Of a DNA stretch of 64,000 nt, positions 25,855-39,224 are shown in pieces. Positions within the stretch are counted from its first letter, which is position 1. The number at the start of each line of letters is the position of its first letter. The DNA lies in assembly GCA_964016885.1 (NCBI GenBank), contig OZ024741.1, forward strand, positions 280,984,001 through 281,048,000. Direction: 5' to 3'. The translations under genes and the position numbers were made by a program. The DNA comes from Eledone cirrhosa (lineage: Eukaryota). The notes under the pieces are model-generated. The model was not told the origin of the DNA, ran no database searches, and was given only the letters and a program-made list of their open reading frames with translations.

Positions 25855-26235
25855 TACGATATTAAACAAATGGAAACTATATTTATAAAACCATATTTAT
25901 TTCATTATATATATTTCAGGGATATCATATTAAAAATATGGTATGCCTTCCTCAGACAAAATACAATATATAAACCGTTTTATAAATAAATTTGAGATAC
26001 CTTAAACATTACAACTTCCATTTAAAAAGTTGATTTGGTTTTTAAATGGAAGTTGATTTGATTTTTAAATGGAAGTTGTAATGTTTAAGGTATGTCAAAT
26101 TTATTTATAAAACGGTTTATATATTGTATTTTGTCTGAGGAAGGCATACCATATTTTTAATATGATATCCCTGAAATATATATAATGAAATAGATATGGT
26201 TTTATAAATATAGTTTCCATTTGTTTAATATCGTA
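25855..26235. repeat. Near-perfect palindrome of the same repeat family as 21414-21776
   Basis: Arms tacgatattaaacaaatggaaac...; the centre carries a duplicated tttttaaatggaagttg. Confidence 0.93.
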
Positions 26236-26396
26236 AATCTACTCCAAAACTTGTTGAGTGCTTTCATATTAGTTATAAAATATTTACTCGTTGTAACCCA
26301 ACAATTTTAAATAAAACTTTTGCATATGTATATATATATATATATATATGTATATGTATATATATGTATGTATGTATATATATATATATATATATG

Positions 26397-26454
<58 letters not shown>

Positions 26455-26582
26455 TTAGTTAAGCAAAACAAGACCACAAACTTCAAAAGGAAGACATTAT
26501 TAAAAGATTGTCAACATATTTTAGTTTGATATAAGGAATGTAGAGAATAATAATAATAATATTATTAATAATAATAATGTCC

Positions 26583-26703
26583 GTTTACGATTGTTTCGCT
26601 ACTCCATATAATATTTCTGGATCAGATGACTATATATCATAATTGATCTGGTTCAGTTGAAAATAATTAACATATTTAAAAAAACAGAGTGGCTCATCGG
26701 AAC
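26583..26703 (-). ncRNA. Hammerhead-like motif with long stem II (family 2)
   Basis: GUU-CCGAUGA-GCCACUCUG...(about 80 nt)...UGGAGUAGC-GAAA-CAAUC-GUA-AAC. Stem I can extend via UCC/GGA around a UUUGA bulge. Confidence 0.6.
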
Positions 26704-26942
26704 TCAAAGGAATATAAATTAAAATAATGTTACATAATATAATGTTCCATATATTGGTTTTTACTATGGTGTCTTGGTTGCATCAGCTGTCAGCCATAAT
26801 CAAGCAGTATTCATCTGTCGAGGCTGCATTGTGTGACATCTGCCTATGGGTAACATATATATATATATATTTATATATATGTATGTATATATATATATAT
26901 GATGTATGTATATATATATATGTATGTATATATATATGTATG

Positions 26943-26973
<31 letters not shown>

Positions 26974-27133
26974 GTATCATCATCATCATCGTTTAACGTC
27001 CATGTTCCACGCTTGCATGGGTTTGGACGGGAGTTTTCCCACTTGAGGCAAGAGTGGTTGTCTTGCTCGCATAGGACTGTCTGGCGGGTTTTCTACAGCT
27101 GGATGCCCTTCCTAACACCAACCAGATTTACAG

Positions 27134-27184
<51 letters not shown>

Positions 27185-28189
27185 GTATATGTATATCTAT
27201 ATATGTATATATGTATATGTATATATATATATATGTATATGTATATCTATCATCATCATCATTTTACGTCCGCTTTTCCCTGCTTGCAAGGGTGGGACGG
27301 GTCTTATTCAGCACAGCATCTCTCCACTCGTCACGGGCCCCATGGCGAATTAAGCTACGCCGAGTATTACGAACGAGCTCACCTGGAGTGCTTGGAAAAA
27401 TAAATTTCCCCTTCTTTCGGTAAATGAAAATACTCGGCGTAGCTTAATTCGCCATGGGGCCCGGGGCGCGGCCAGTGTTTTAACCGCCAAATAGTACCTT
27501 TAAATTACAGAACAAATCGGAACTAGTATATAATAAAATGTTAAACTGTTGAACTTTAAATTCTCTAACCTCTTTAATATTGAATATTGATTATTAATTT
27601 TTTTAACTTCATCCTAGAAGTCTAAACACTGTAACACACTGACTCCCAATATATTCACCTCTGCTAAGATGCGGGTCCCTGTGAAAATTTTCTCGCGCCA
27701 CTCCTGGCCTGACTGTGGTCTGACATTAATATCGACCTTTCTTCCTCTTTCTTTCTATCTTCCTTCTTGTAGCCATCAACCCTTACTTTTCTACTTCTCT
27801 CTTCTCTTCCTTCTCTTCTCCCCTCTTCCTGTCTTCCTCCCGCAGACTTATCTTCCTTCCCCCTCTTGCTTGCCTATATCTGACCGATAGCAGTTGCCAT
27901 TCTTCTTTTAGCTGACATTAAACCTGGCTTCTCTTCTTCTTTCTTACCCCTTCTTTTCTCTCTTTCCTTTCTTTCTTTCTTTTACCTTGTGTCATGAGAT
28001 CGACGTTAACTTATGTTCCCATCCCTTTCTGTTCTCGTTTATCTGACCGGTAGTAGCATACTATAAACTTTAGCCACGTCACTCCAGGGCGACCGGCTGA
28101 AGTTGAAGGAACAGAATAGCGGTCGCCCTCGGGTCCTCGATTTTCAGCCCCATGGATTTTATCTATTACATTCACGTATTATATTTCGA

Positions 28190-28247
28190 ATACCTGATGA
28201 TATCACCGGATTCATACGGAACTCGTTCATTGAAATGATCATAGTAT
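28190..28247 (+). ncRNA. Hammerhead-like motif (family 3), stem II irregular
   Basis: AUAC-CUGAUGA-(31 nt)-GAAA-UGAUCA-UA-GUAU: palindromic stem III, 4-bp stem I. Confidence 0.5.
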
Positions 28248-28486
28248 AATAAACCTTTCAAGGATTTACACAAATCCAGCCTCCTGTCATTTCATTATAA
28301 TATTTAACTCCGTAATAGCACCACCAACTACAAAAACAAAGACGATTGAACTGCTTTACGTTGAGTACTCTCTATATTATTGCATTACGATTGACCATAC
28401 GGAATAGACCAGCTCTATACAGTGGTGAACCTCAAACCTGAATATATATGTATATATATATGTATATGTATATGTATATATATATG

Positions 28487-28517
<31 letters not shown>

Positions 28518-28530
28518 GTATATATATATG

Positions 28531-28561
<31 letters not shown>

Positions 28562-28639
28562 GTATATATATATGTATATATATATATGTATATATATATA
28601 TATGTATATATATATATGTATATATGTATATATATATCA

Positions 28640-29467
28640 TCATCATCATCATCATCATCATTTTACGTCCGCTTTTCCCTGCTTGCAAGGGTGGGACGGG
28701 TCTTATTCAGCACAGCATCTCTCCACTCGTCACGGTCCCTCGTCATCTCCACCGTGAGCTTCAATGATCTGAGGTCTGTTCTCACCACCTCCGCCCATGT
28801 TTTTCGTGGTCTACCTCTACCACGTCTTCCTTCAACTGGCAATTCCTGGCACTTCTTCACCCATCGGTCATCCTCCATGCGCATCACATGTCCATACCAC
28901 CTCAGTCTCCTCTCCCGTACACTACATTCTATCCCTCTCAGACACAGTTTCTCTCTCAACACATTTATGCTGGGTCGTTCACGCACATTTACACTGCACA
29001 TCCAACGGAGCATGCTTGCCTCATTTCTCTCCAGCCGTCGCATATCCTCTGCGGTTGCTGCCCATGTCTCACTACCATGCAGCATCGCGCTCCTCACACA
29101 GGCATCATACAACCGGCCTTTCGTACGCAGAGAGAAACCCTTCTTCGTCAACAGAGGAAGCAGCTCCCTAAACTTTTTCCAACCCGTCCTTATTCTAGAT
29201 ACTATGGCCTCGGAACACCCTCCTCCCATGCTAATCTGATCTCCTAGGTACCGGAAGCTATCCACCACTTCTATAGCGCCCTCTCGCATTTGAAAAATGT
29301 GTCTATCAGTGCGACTTCTACTGTCTAATTTCCCTGTACATCTACTGCATACATATTTCTCCCTACCTGTTAGTTTGCCTGCTATCCCGCTACATCTCTT
29401 GTGTACCCAGGACCTGCATTGTGTGCATTTTATAAAATTTATGCCAGTTCCTTTTCTGCATATCGAA
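28640..29467 (-). mobile_element. RTEX-like LINE 3' fragment (inverted copy of 30518-31345)
   Basis: ORF 28663-29289 is nearly identical to the C-terminus of ORF 29475-31322. Confidence 0.95.
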
Positions 29468-29489
29468 TGTATATATGTATATATATATG

Positions 29490-29606
<117 letters not shown>

Positions 29607-29614
29607 GTATATAT

Positions 29615-31345
29615 GGTAGATCCGACAGAGGGACCAGCTATTGAGATTGACGAATATAGGGTCCAAGAGGCGATTAGGGAAATGAAAAATGGTAAGGCGG
29701 CCGGACCATCGGGAATAGTTGCTGAGATGCTGAAGGCATCAGGGGACGTAGGCACTAAACTGGTTGCACGCATCATCAATCAGGCTATATATGGTGGTGT
29801 CATACCCAAAGACTGGTGCAGCAGTATTCTCATAAATTGCTACAAAGGTAAAGGGGATGCTTTGGAGAGGAGCAATTATAGGGGTATAAAACTGATAGAT
29901 CAGGTTATGAAAGTGGCAGAAAGGATTTTAGCACAACTAATTAGAGAAAGGGTCAAACTAGATGAGATGCAGTTTGGTTTTGTGCCTGGGAAGAGTACAA
30001 CAGATGCCCTCTTCTTGGTGAGACAAATGCAAGAGAGGTTCTTAGAGAAGAATAAGCCACTATACTTAGCCTTTGTTGACCTAGAGAAGGCCTTTGATAG
30101 GGTACCCCGATCTGTCATCTGGTGGTCCCTAAGGAAGCTGGGTGTTGAGGAATGGCTTGTAAGGACAGTGCAAACTTTGTACAGAGGTACTCTCAGTAAA
30201 GTCAGGGTAGGAATGGAGTTTAGTGAGGAATTCCAGATACAAGTAGGAGTACATCAGGGTTCGGTCCTCAGCCCGCTCTTGTTCATTATAGTCCTCCAAG
30301 CCATAACAGAGGAGTTTAAGACTGGCTGTCCATGGGAACTTCTCTATGCTGACGATCTGGCTCTTATGGCAGAATCAGTAGAGGAGCTAGAGAATAAATT
30401 CCGGCTATGGAAACAGCAGTTGGAAGCAAGAGGACTGAGAGTAAATCTAGCTAAGACAAAAGTGTTGATGAGTAGAAAAGAGGACAAAACCCTGATTCCG
30501 TCAGGGAAATGGCCATGTTCGATATGCAGAAAAGGAACTGGCATAAATTCTATAAAATGCACACAATGTAGGTCCTGGGTACACAAGAGATGTAGCGGGA
30601 TAGCAGGCAAACTAACAGGTAGGGAGAACTATGTATGCAGTAGATGTACAGGGAAATTAGACAGTAGAAGTCGCACTGATAGACACATTTTTCAAATGCG
30701 AGAGGGCGCTATAGAAGTGGTGGATAGCTTCCGGTACCTAGGAGATCAGATTAGCATGGGAGGAGGGTGTTCCGAGGCCATAGTATCTAGAATAAGGACG
30801 GGTTGGAAGAAGTTTAGGGAGCTGCTTCCTCTGTTGACGAAGAAGGGTTTCTCCCTGCGTACGAAAGGCCGGTTGTATGATGCCTGTGTGAGGAGCGCGA
30901 TGCTGCATGGTAGTGAGACATGGGCAGCTACCGCAGAAGATATGCGACGGCTGGAGAGAAATGAGGCAAGCATGCTCCGTTGGATGTGCAGTGTAAATGT
31001 GCGTGAACGACCCAGCATAAATGTGTTGAGAGAGAAACTGTGTCTGAGAGGGATAGAATGTAGTGTACGGGAGAGGAGACTGAGGTGGTATGGACATGTG
31101 ATGCGCATGGAGGATGACCGATGGGTGAAGAAGTGCCAGGAAATGCCAGTTGAAGGAAGACGTGGTAGAGGTAGACCACGAAAAACAAGGGCGGAGGTGG
31201 TGAGAACAGACCTCAGATCATTGAAGCTCACGGTGGAGATGACGAGGGACCGTGACGAGTGGAGAGATGCTGTGCTGAATAAGACCCGTCCCACCCTTGC
31301 AAGCAGGCAAAAGCGGACGTAAAATGATGATGATGATGATGATGA
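29615..31345 (+). mobile_element. 5'-truncated RTEX-like LINE with open RT
   Basis: Motifs [40 protein letters not shown], a Cys/His finger and WYGHV. (gat)n tail followed by (TA)n. Confidence 0.95.
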
Positions 31346-31355
31346 TGTATATATG

Positions 31356-31386
<31 letters not shown>

Positions 31387-31437
31387 GTATATATGTATAT
31401 ATATATATATGTATATATATATATGTATATATATATG

Positions 31438-31470
<33 letters not shown>

Positions 31471-31559
31471 GTGTATATATATATATGTGTATATATATGT
31501 ATATATATATATATGTGTATATATATATATATATATGTGTATATATATATATATATGTG

Positions 31560-31612
<53 letters not shown>

Positions 31613-31750
31613 GTATATATATATATGTATATATATATATGTATATATGTATATATATATATGTATATATATATATGTATATATGTATATATATATATGT
31701 ATATATATATATATGTATATATGTATATATATATGTATATATATATGTAA
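31346..31750. repeat. (TA)n/(TATG) compound microsatellite (representative of more than 25 tracts)
   Basis: Directly visible. It is the source of the spurious Y/I/M/C-rich ORFs. Confidence 0.97.
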
Positions 31751-31914
31751 GTATGTATGTATACGCACATACATATATGTATACAGACGTACAGTAGCAT
31801 GCATATATATATATATATACATACAGGTACACATACATATATGTACGTATCAGTTTAGCGGACGCTTATTATAACGCCCGCTTCTGACTATCCTATCGCA
31901 TTAATTTCATGTTG

Positions 31915-32337
31915 TATTTTAACTTTAATTTTAATTTTATCCTCTTTTGATATGAATGTAATCTTTAAATGTATACTGCCACGCTAGATGTTATAATGGA
32001 TGTCGACCCACCAAGCAACAATATATGCATATGTTTCTGTATGTCTCTTGGGTTGAAAAGGAGGTCATATATGTGATCATTCATTAATAAATTGCCCCGA
32101 AGAATCCAAACCTTGGTTTGGAGGAAACAATTGTAAGCATATGAATGATTTGAACAGAACTTTGATTCATATAACTTATATATAACTGCTCTGTAAAACA
32201 ACTGCCGTTATTACATTGAGCTATTTATCTTACTGGTAATAAGGTAGTAATATATTACTGCCTATCACTATTTAGGGTTTGAAAAAATATATATAACTAC
32301 AAAAGGTTTTTGTATATGCATAACCATAAATAGTATC
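31915..32337 (+). mobile_element. ORF-less repeat (pLTR-like) carrying a family 1 hammerhead at 32092-32140
   Basis: Diverged colinear copy of 20712-21268, with UUGCC-CCGAAGA-a-UCCAAAC cuug GUUUGGA-g-GAAA-CAAUUG-UA-AGCAU. Confidence 0.7.
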
Positions 32338-32349
32338 CTTAATACTATG

Positions 32350-32456
<107 letters not shown>

Positions 32457-32493
32457 GTATATATATATGTATATATATATGTATATATATATG

Positions 32494-32574
<81 letters not shown>

Positions 32575-32579
32575 GTATG

Positions 32580-32619
<40 letters not shown>

Positions 32620-32760
32620 AATTAAAATACTAGAGTGTGTTGGAGTTAAACACCCTCTTCATATTATAGAAATGACAGTATAGGATATAGCTCAATGTAA
32701 TTAAACAGAGCCGAAGAATTATAAAAAATAAACCAAAGAAGCCTTCAATACATCAAAAGT

Positions 32761-32814
32761 CTTTATTAGCCAACAATGTTTCGTCCTATTAAGGACTCAT
32801 CAGGGCAAGTAAAG
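32761..32814 (-). ncRNA. Type I hammerhead ribozyme, canonical core (family 4)
   Basis: CUUUA-cuu-GCC-CUGAUGA-GUCCU uaau AGGAC-GAAA-C auu G-UU-GGC-uaa-UAAAG: intact core, G10.1-C11.1 pair, stem I with an internal loop. Confidence 0.88.
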
Positions 32815-33387
32815 CTACAAGAAGCACTATCGGCCAATACAAGCCAAAAACTCAGAAGAATATGGAGTATACATCTATTAAAGCTTAGGAAAGATATCAA
32901 GGAAAAGTTGTCTAAGATTAAGAGTGAGCAGTTACAAACATAGATATGGACCAAATAGCAAGGAAGTGATTAACATGTTGAACCCACACTGCAAATATTG
33001 TATAATGCAAAAACTTGAAACACAAATGGTAATATAATGCGAGTATAATATAATAGATGGTGATAATAAAAAGCTTAATATATGTATATATATACATATA
33101 TCTCTATACATATACACATTAGTACAAATACAAACTAACACTTATTAAGTATTTAAATATATATATATATATTGTTTACAGTATAATATAATAAAGATAA
33201 AAATAAGAATAAAGATAAAAATAAAAATAAAATATAATATATAATTCCCTGTCAGTGTGCATAAACAATATAGAAACATTATAATAACATTATAATAACA
33301 ATATTATAATATATTGGCATCAAAAGATATACAAAATTACATCATACATATAATTTAAGGTTAACAAATAGTATAAAGTTTTACACA

Positions 33388-33463
33388 TGATGAGTCCTTA
33401 ATAGGACGAAACATTGTTGGCTAATAAAGACTGTATTGAAGGCTTCTTTGGTTTATTTTTTAT
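33388..33463 (+). repeat. Inverted, 5'-truncated copy of the family 4 hammerhead unit
   Basis: tgatgagtccttaataggacgaaacattgttggctaataaag... is the reverse complement of about 32721-32802. It lacks C3 and the 5' strand of stem I. Confidence 0.85.
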
Positions 33464-33648
33464 GATATATATATATATATATTCAGGTTTGTGGTTCACC
33501 ACTGTATAGAGCTGGTCTATTCCGTATGGTCAATCGTAATGTAATAATATAGAGAGTACTCAACGTAAAGCAGTTCAACCGCCTTTGTTTTTGTAGTTGG
33601 TGGTGCTATTACGGAGTTAAATATTATAATGAAATGACAGGAGGCTGG

Positions 33649-33687
<39 letters not shown>

Positions 33688-33697
33688 GTATGTCTGA

Positions 33698-33781
<84 letters not shown>

Positions 33782-33786
33782 GTATG

Positions 33787-33821
<35 letters not shown>

Positions 33822-33895
33822 GTATGTCTATATATATATATATGTATATATATGTATGTCTGTATATATATATATATGTATATATATGTATGTCT

Positions 33896-33931
<36 letters not shown>

Positions 33932-33952
33932 GTATGTCTATATATATATATA

Positions 33953-35985
33953 TCATCATCATCATCACTGTTTTACGTCCGTTGTTCCACGCTAGCATGG
34001 GTTAGACGGGTTGTCCTGTTGTGGGCAGTGTCTGGTCGGCTGACCATGCCTTGCTCATACAGGAACTAATTTGGCTTGATTTCTACAGCTGGATGCCCTT
34101 CCTAACACCAACCTCATTTACAGTGAGTGCTGGGTGCTTTTTCGTGGCGCCTACATGTCCACTTTACAGTGTGGGCTGGGTGCTTTTTGCTGTGGCACCT
34201 CCACGACCATCTTGCGGTGGAGGGTGTGGGGGCATATTGTCTATATGCTTCAGTTGGTACCCATGGGAGGTCGGGTACTTTGTATTACTGTGTGGCGCCA
34301 GAGGTCACGGTCGTGTGTCATTGCCTTTGAGAGGTGTAATTGGGTAAGGTCGGCTTTTATCACCTCATCCCAGGTCATCTTGGGTCTCCCCACTCCGCGG
34401 TTTCCATCAACTTCTAGTGCTCTGCACCTTTTTATGCAGCTGTCACCCTTCATATGCATCACATGTCCATACCAGCGCAACCGCCTCTCCTGCACACAGC
34501 ATTTGATTCCTCTTATGCTCAGTCTCTCTCTCAATTCATTTATGCTTTGTCGTTCACGTATATTACTGTTACACATCCATCGGAGCATGCAGGCTTCGTT
34601 TCTCTCTAATCTACGTAAGTCTTCCACCTTCAGCGTCCAGGTCTCACTACCATGCAACATTGCTGTTCGGATACACGCATCATACAGTCTGCCTTTCATT
34701 CTGAGGGCGAAGCCTTTTGCAGCTAGCAGTGGTAGTAGTTCCCTAAACTTCTTCCATCCCGTTCTTACCCTAGTTATTGTACTTTCTGAACACCCACCTC
34801 CGCTGCTAATTCGGTCACCTAGCTAGCAGAAGCTGTCTACTGTTTCTACAGAGCCCTCCCAGAGATTGGTGGTACTTGTTTCCTGCGGCTGTTTGCTGCT
34901 TGCTGTCTCAGTACAGCTGCTGCATTTGAAGCCTACATTCTTAATTAAGCTTCCTGAGATCCCGCTACATCTCTTGTGTACCCATTGTTTGCATTTGGGG
35001 CAGAGAATGGAGTTCCTACCTACACCTTTCCTACATACTGAGCAAGGCCATTTCCCTGAGGGGATCTGGGTTCTGTTTTCTCGTCTACTTACAAGGACCT
35101 TAGTTTTTGTCATGTTGACTTTGAGACCCTTTCTTTCTAGTCCCTGCTTCCAAGTTTGGAATTTATTCTCTAGTTCTACCATAGATTCAGCTATGAGTGC
35201 GAGGTCATCAGCATACAGGAGTTCCCATGGGCATCCGGTCTTAAACTCCTCCGTTATTGCCTGCAGGACTATGATGAACAGGAGGGGGCTAAGAACAGAG
35301 CCCTGGTGAATCTCAACCTGTACGCTAAATTCCTCGCTATACTCATTGTTAATCCTAACTTTGCTGACTGCTCCCCTATACATGGCTTGTACCACTTTCA
35401 CAAGCCATTCATCTACTCCTAGTTTTCTAAGAGCCCACCAGATTACAGCACGTGGAGCTCTGTCAAAAGCTTTCTCAAGGTCAACAAATGCCAGGTAGAG
35501 TGGCTTACTTTTAGCTAGGTACTTTTCCTGTAACTGCCTCACAAGGAAGAGGGCATCAGTGGTGCCTCTTCCTGGTACAAACCCAAATTGCATCTCATCT
35601 AGTTTCACCCGGTCCCTAATCAACTGTGCTATAACTCTTTCTGTTACTTTCATCACCTGGTCCATCAGTTTTATACCTCTATAGTTTCCTCTATCTAGTG
35701 CATCACCTTTACCTTTGTAGCAGTTGACAATGATGCTGCTGCACCAATCTTTTGGTATGACACCTTCTAGTATTACCTGGTTAACAATACGTGTGGTTAT
35801 AGTGTGACCTACAGACCCAGATGCCTTCAGCATCTCGGCAGCTATACCCGATGGACCGGTTGCCTTCCCCATCTTCATATCTTTGATTGCCTAACTTACT
35901 ACGCTGCTGCTGACTTGTACTGCTGGCCCCTCTATAGGGTCTACTTGGGGTAGGGTCTCTTCTTCCCATGCATTCTCCTCATTTA
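33953..35985 (-). mobile_element. 5'-truncated RTEX-like LINE (third subfamily)
   Basis: ORFs 34823-35878 and 34250-34699 are separated by a single stop. 3'UTR and (gat)n tail present. Confidence 0.93.
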
Positions 35986-36117
35986 GTAATATATGTATAT
36001 ATATATGTATGTATATATGTATATATATATATATATGTATGTATATATGTATATATGAATGTATATATGTATATATATATATATATGTATGTATATATGT
36101 ATATATATATATATGTA

Positions 36118-39050
36118 TATGGAGGCTATGGGTTTGGTACTAGAAATGAGGAAGGCTCCAGAATCCTGGAATTCTTTGACGCAAATAACCTAACTATCTG
36201 TAACACTAACTTCAAAAAACGTGACAATCACCTGATCACCTATAGATCCGGGGAACACACAAGCCAGGTAGATTATATCCTTACCAGAAGACGTGACAGA
36301 GTGTCTGTTGTTAACACTAAATCCCTCACCCACGAAGAATGCACCTCCCAACATAGACTGATAATTAGCGACCTCATAGTCAGGACGAGACGTACTCGAC
36401 AGCAGAAGAGGACTATCCTCAGGAGAAAAATATGGAAGCTAAAGGACCCCACAGCCAGAAATAAATTTCAAAGCATATTACTTGATGCTTTCGACAGTAA
36501 TTTCTGAAAGCAAACCTGCAGTGGGAATTTCTGAAAGCAAACCTGCTGATGGCGACAGACGAAGTCTGTGGCTGGAGCAGGCCTGTAGGCAGGAGGAGAG
36601 TAACATGGTGGTGGAACAGTAGGGTGGAGGGGTCAATTAAGGCCAAAAAGCAGGCTTGGAAAGTATGGCGGGATGGGGGAAGTAGAGAAGACTATCAAGT
36701 GGCCAGGAGGGAGGCTAGGAGACAAGTGTACTTCGCAAGAAGGGAAGCAGAGGAAAGAAAGTTCAAGCATGTTCTACAACGTGAGGACCAAAAACGTGAG
36801 GTGTTCAGGATTGCTAGGCAATGTGTCAAGGAAAACCGTGATATTGTCGGGGAGAAGTGTGTACTTAACGATGACGGCGTACTTGCCATCACCGACGCTG
36901 ATAAGAAGGTAGCTTGGAAGTGCCACTATGAAAGGCTACTAAATGAGGAGAATAAATGGGAGAAAGACAGTCTCCCCCACATCGATCCAATAGAGGGACC
37001 AGCAGTGTTAGTCGAGGGTAGTATAATAAGTAAGGCAATCAAGGATATGAAGACGGGTAAGGCGGCTGGGCCTTCGGAAATAGTTGCTGAGATGCTGAAG
37101 GCATCTGACTCGGTGGGACACACCTTGGTCACCCGGATAGTTAACCAAGTCGTACAGAATGGGGTTGTTCCGAAGGACTGGCATAGCAGCATCATCGTTA
37201 ACTGTTATAAGGGTAAAGGAGATGCCCTAGATAGGAGTAACTATAGAGGCATTAAACTAATCGACCAGGTCATGAAGGTCATGGAAAAAGTAATAGCGCA
37301 ACTAATCAGAGAGAGAATTGACCTAGATGAAATGCAGTTCGGGTTTGTGTCAGGCAAAAGTACCACAGACGCTCTTTTCAATGTACGTCAACTACAGGAG
37401 AAGTACCTAGCTAAAGGTAAACCCCTCTACTTAGCTTTTGTCGACTTGGAGAAAGCCTTCGACAGAGTCCCCCGTTCCATTATCTAGTGGGCCCTTAGAA
37501 AACTAGGTGTCGACGAATGGCTTGTGAGAGCTATACAAGCCATGTATAAAGAAACAGTCAGCAAGGTTAGAATTAACAACGAATATAGTGAAGAGTTTAG
37601 CGTAAAAGTTGGCGTCCATCAGGGCTCTGTTCTCAGCCCCCTACTATTTATTATTGCCCTTCAGGCTATAACAGAGGAGTTCAAGACCGGCTGCCCATGG
37701 GAACTCCTATACGCAGACGACCTGACACTCATAGCTGAATCAATGGCCGAGCTAGAGAAGAAATTCCAAACATGGAAGCACGGCCTAGAATCAAAAGGCC
37801 TTAAAATTAACCTGGCTAAGACTAAAGTTCTAGTTTGTAGGAAAGAAAATAAGGCGGCGGTCCCTTCCGGGAAATGGCCATGCTCAGTGTGTAGGAAAGG
37901 CGTAGGTAGAAACTCCATTTTATGTCCCAAATGCAAAGTATGGGTGCATAAAAGATGTAGTGGGATCACAGGTAAGCTAACTAAGAACTTAGATTTTACA
38001 TGTGGGCGGTGCTCTGGTGCAATAAGTAGCAGCGAGTGCCCACAAAATACTAACTCTTTCAATTGCGCAGAGGGCTCTATAGAAATAGTGGACAGCTTCC
38101 GTTACCTGGGTGACAAAATCAGCAGTGGGGGAGGGTGCTCCGAAAGTACAGTAGCTAGAGTCAGAACTGGATGGAAAAAGTTCAGAGAGCTTATACCACT
38201 ATTAGCCGCTAAAGGGTTCTCCCTAAAAATGAAAGGCAGGTTGTATGATGCCTGCATACGAACAGCAATGCTGCATGGCAGTGAGACCTGGGCATTGTGC
38301 GCAGAGGATATACGCAGACTAGAGAGGAACGAAGCTTGCATGCTCCGCTGGATGTGTAATAGTAATATACGTGAACGACAAAGCATAAATGAACTAAGGA
38401 AAAAATTAGAAATAAGAGGGATCAGATGTTGTTTACTCGAGAGAAGGCTATGTTGGTACGGACACGTGATGCGCATGAAAGTCGATAGCTGTATAACAAA
38501 GTGCAGGGCAATAAAGATAGACGGTAGCCACGGAATAGGCAGACCTAGAAAATCCTGGGACGAGCTGATAAACTCCGACCTCACACACTTACACCTCTCC
38601 AAGACAATGTCACTGGACCGAGACCTTTGGCGGTACTCAGTAATAGAGAAGACCCGCCTTACCTAAATACATAGTAAAACCTACTACAGCCAGTAGGCAT
38701 CTCTAACAAAATACACCCCCGTCCCACCACCCACACCCCATCCACACCACCCCCTCCTATGTAAAGTTATGTTGGTGCCACAACATCCAGGCCGAAACAA
38801 ATGAGATTGTGTAGGTGTCACGACAAAAAAACGCACAGTCCACGCTGTAATGTGGCCGTGTAGGCAACACGGTAAAAACCTCCCAGTCCCACACTGTAAA
38901 TGTGGTTGGTGTTAGGAAGGGCATCCAACTGTAGAAAACCTGCCAGACAGTCCTATGCGAGCAAGACAATCACTCTTGCCTCAAGTGGGAATACCCCCCG
39001 TCCAAACCCATGCAAGCGTGGAACACGGACGTTAAACGTTGATGATGATA
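36118..39050 (+). mobile_element. 5'-truncated RTEX-like LINE, disrupted
   Basis: Endonuclease C-half (SQVDYIL, SQHRL), RT ORFs 36549-37487 and 37524-38666, 3'UTR and tail. Confidence 0.95.
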
Positions 39051-39224
39051 TGTATATATATATATGTATGTATATATGTATATATATATATGTATGTATA
39101 TATGTATATATATATGTGTATGTATATATGTATATATATATATGTATGTATATATGTATATATATATATATGTATATATATATATGTATGTATATATATA
39201 TATGTGTATGTATCTATCTATCTA

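Noticed and set aside
30746-31874. Long Y/I/M/C/H-rich ORFs here and at many other (TA)n tracts
   Set aside because: They are translations of TA microsatellites, which lack stop codons in several frames, and are not proteins.
34134-34826. Long antisense ORFs over LINE RT regions (also 38102-38602 and 47643-48143)
   Set aside because: They are shadow frames of the RT coding strand with no recognisable domain.
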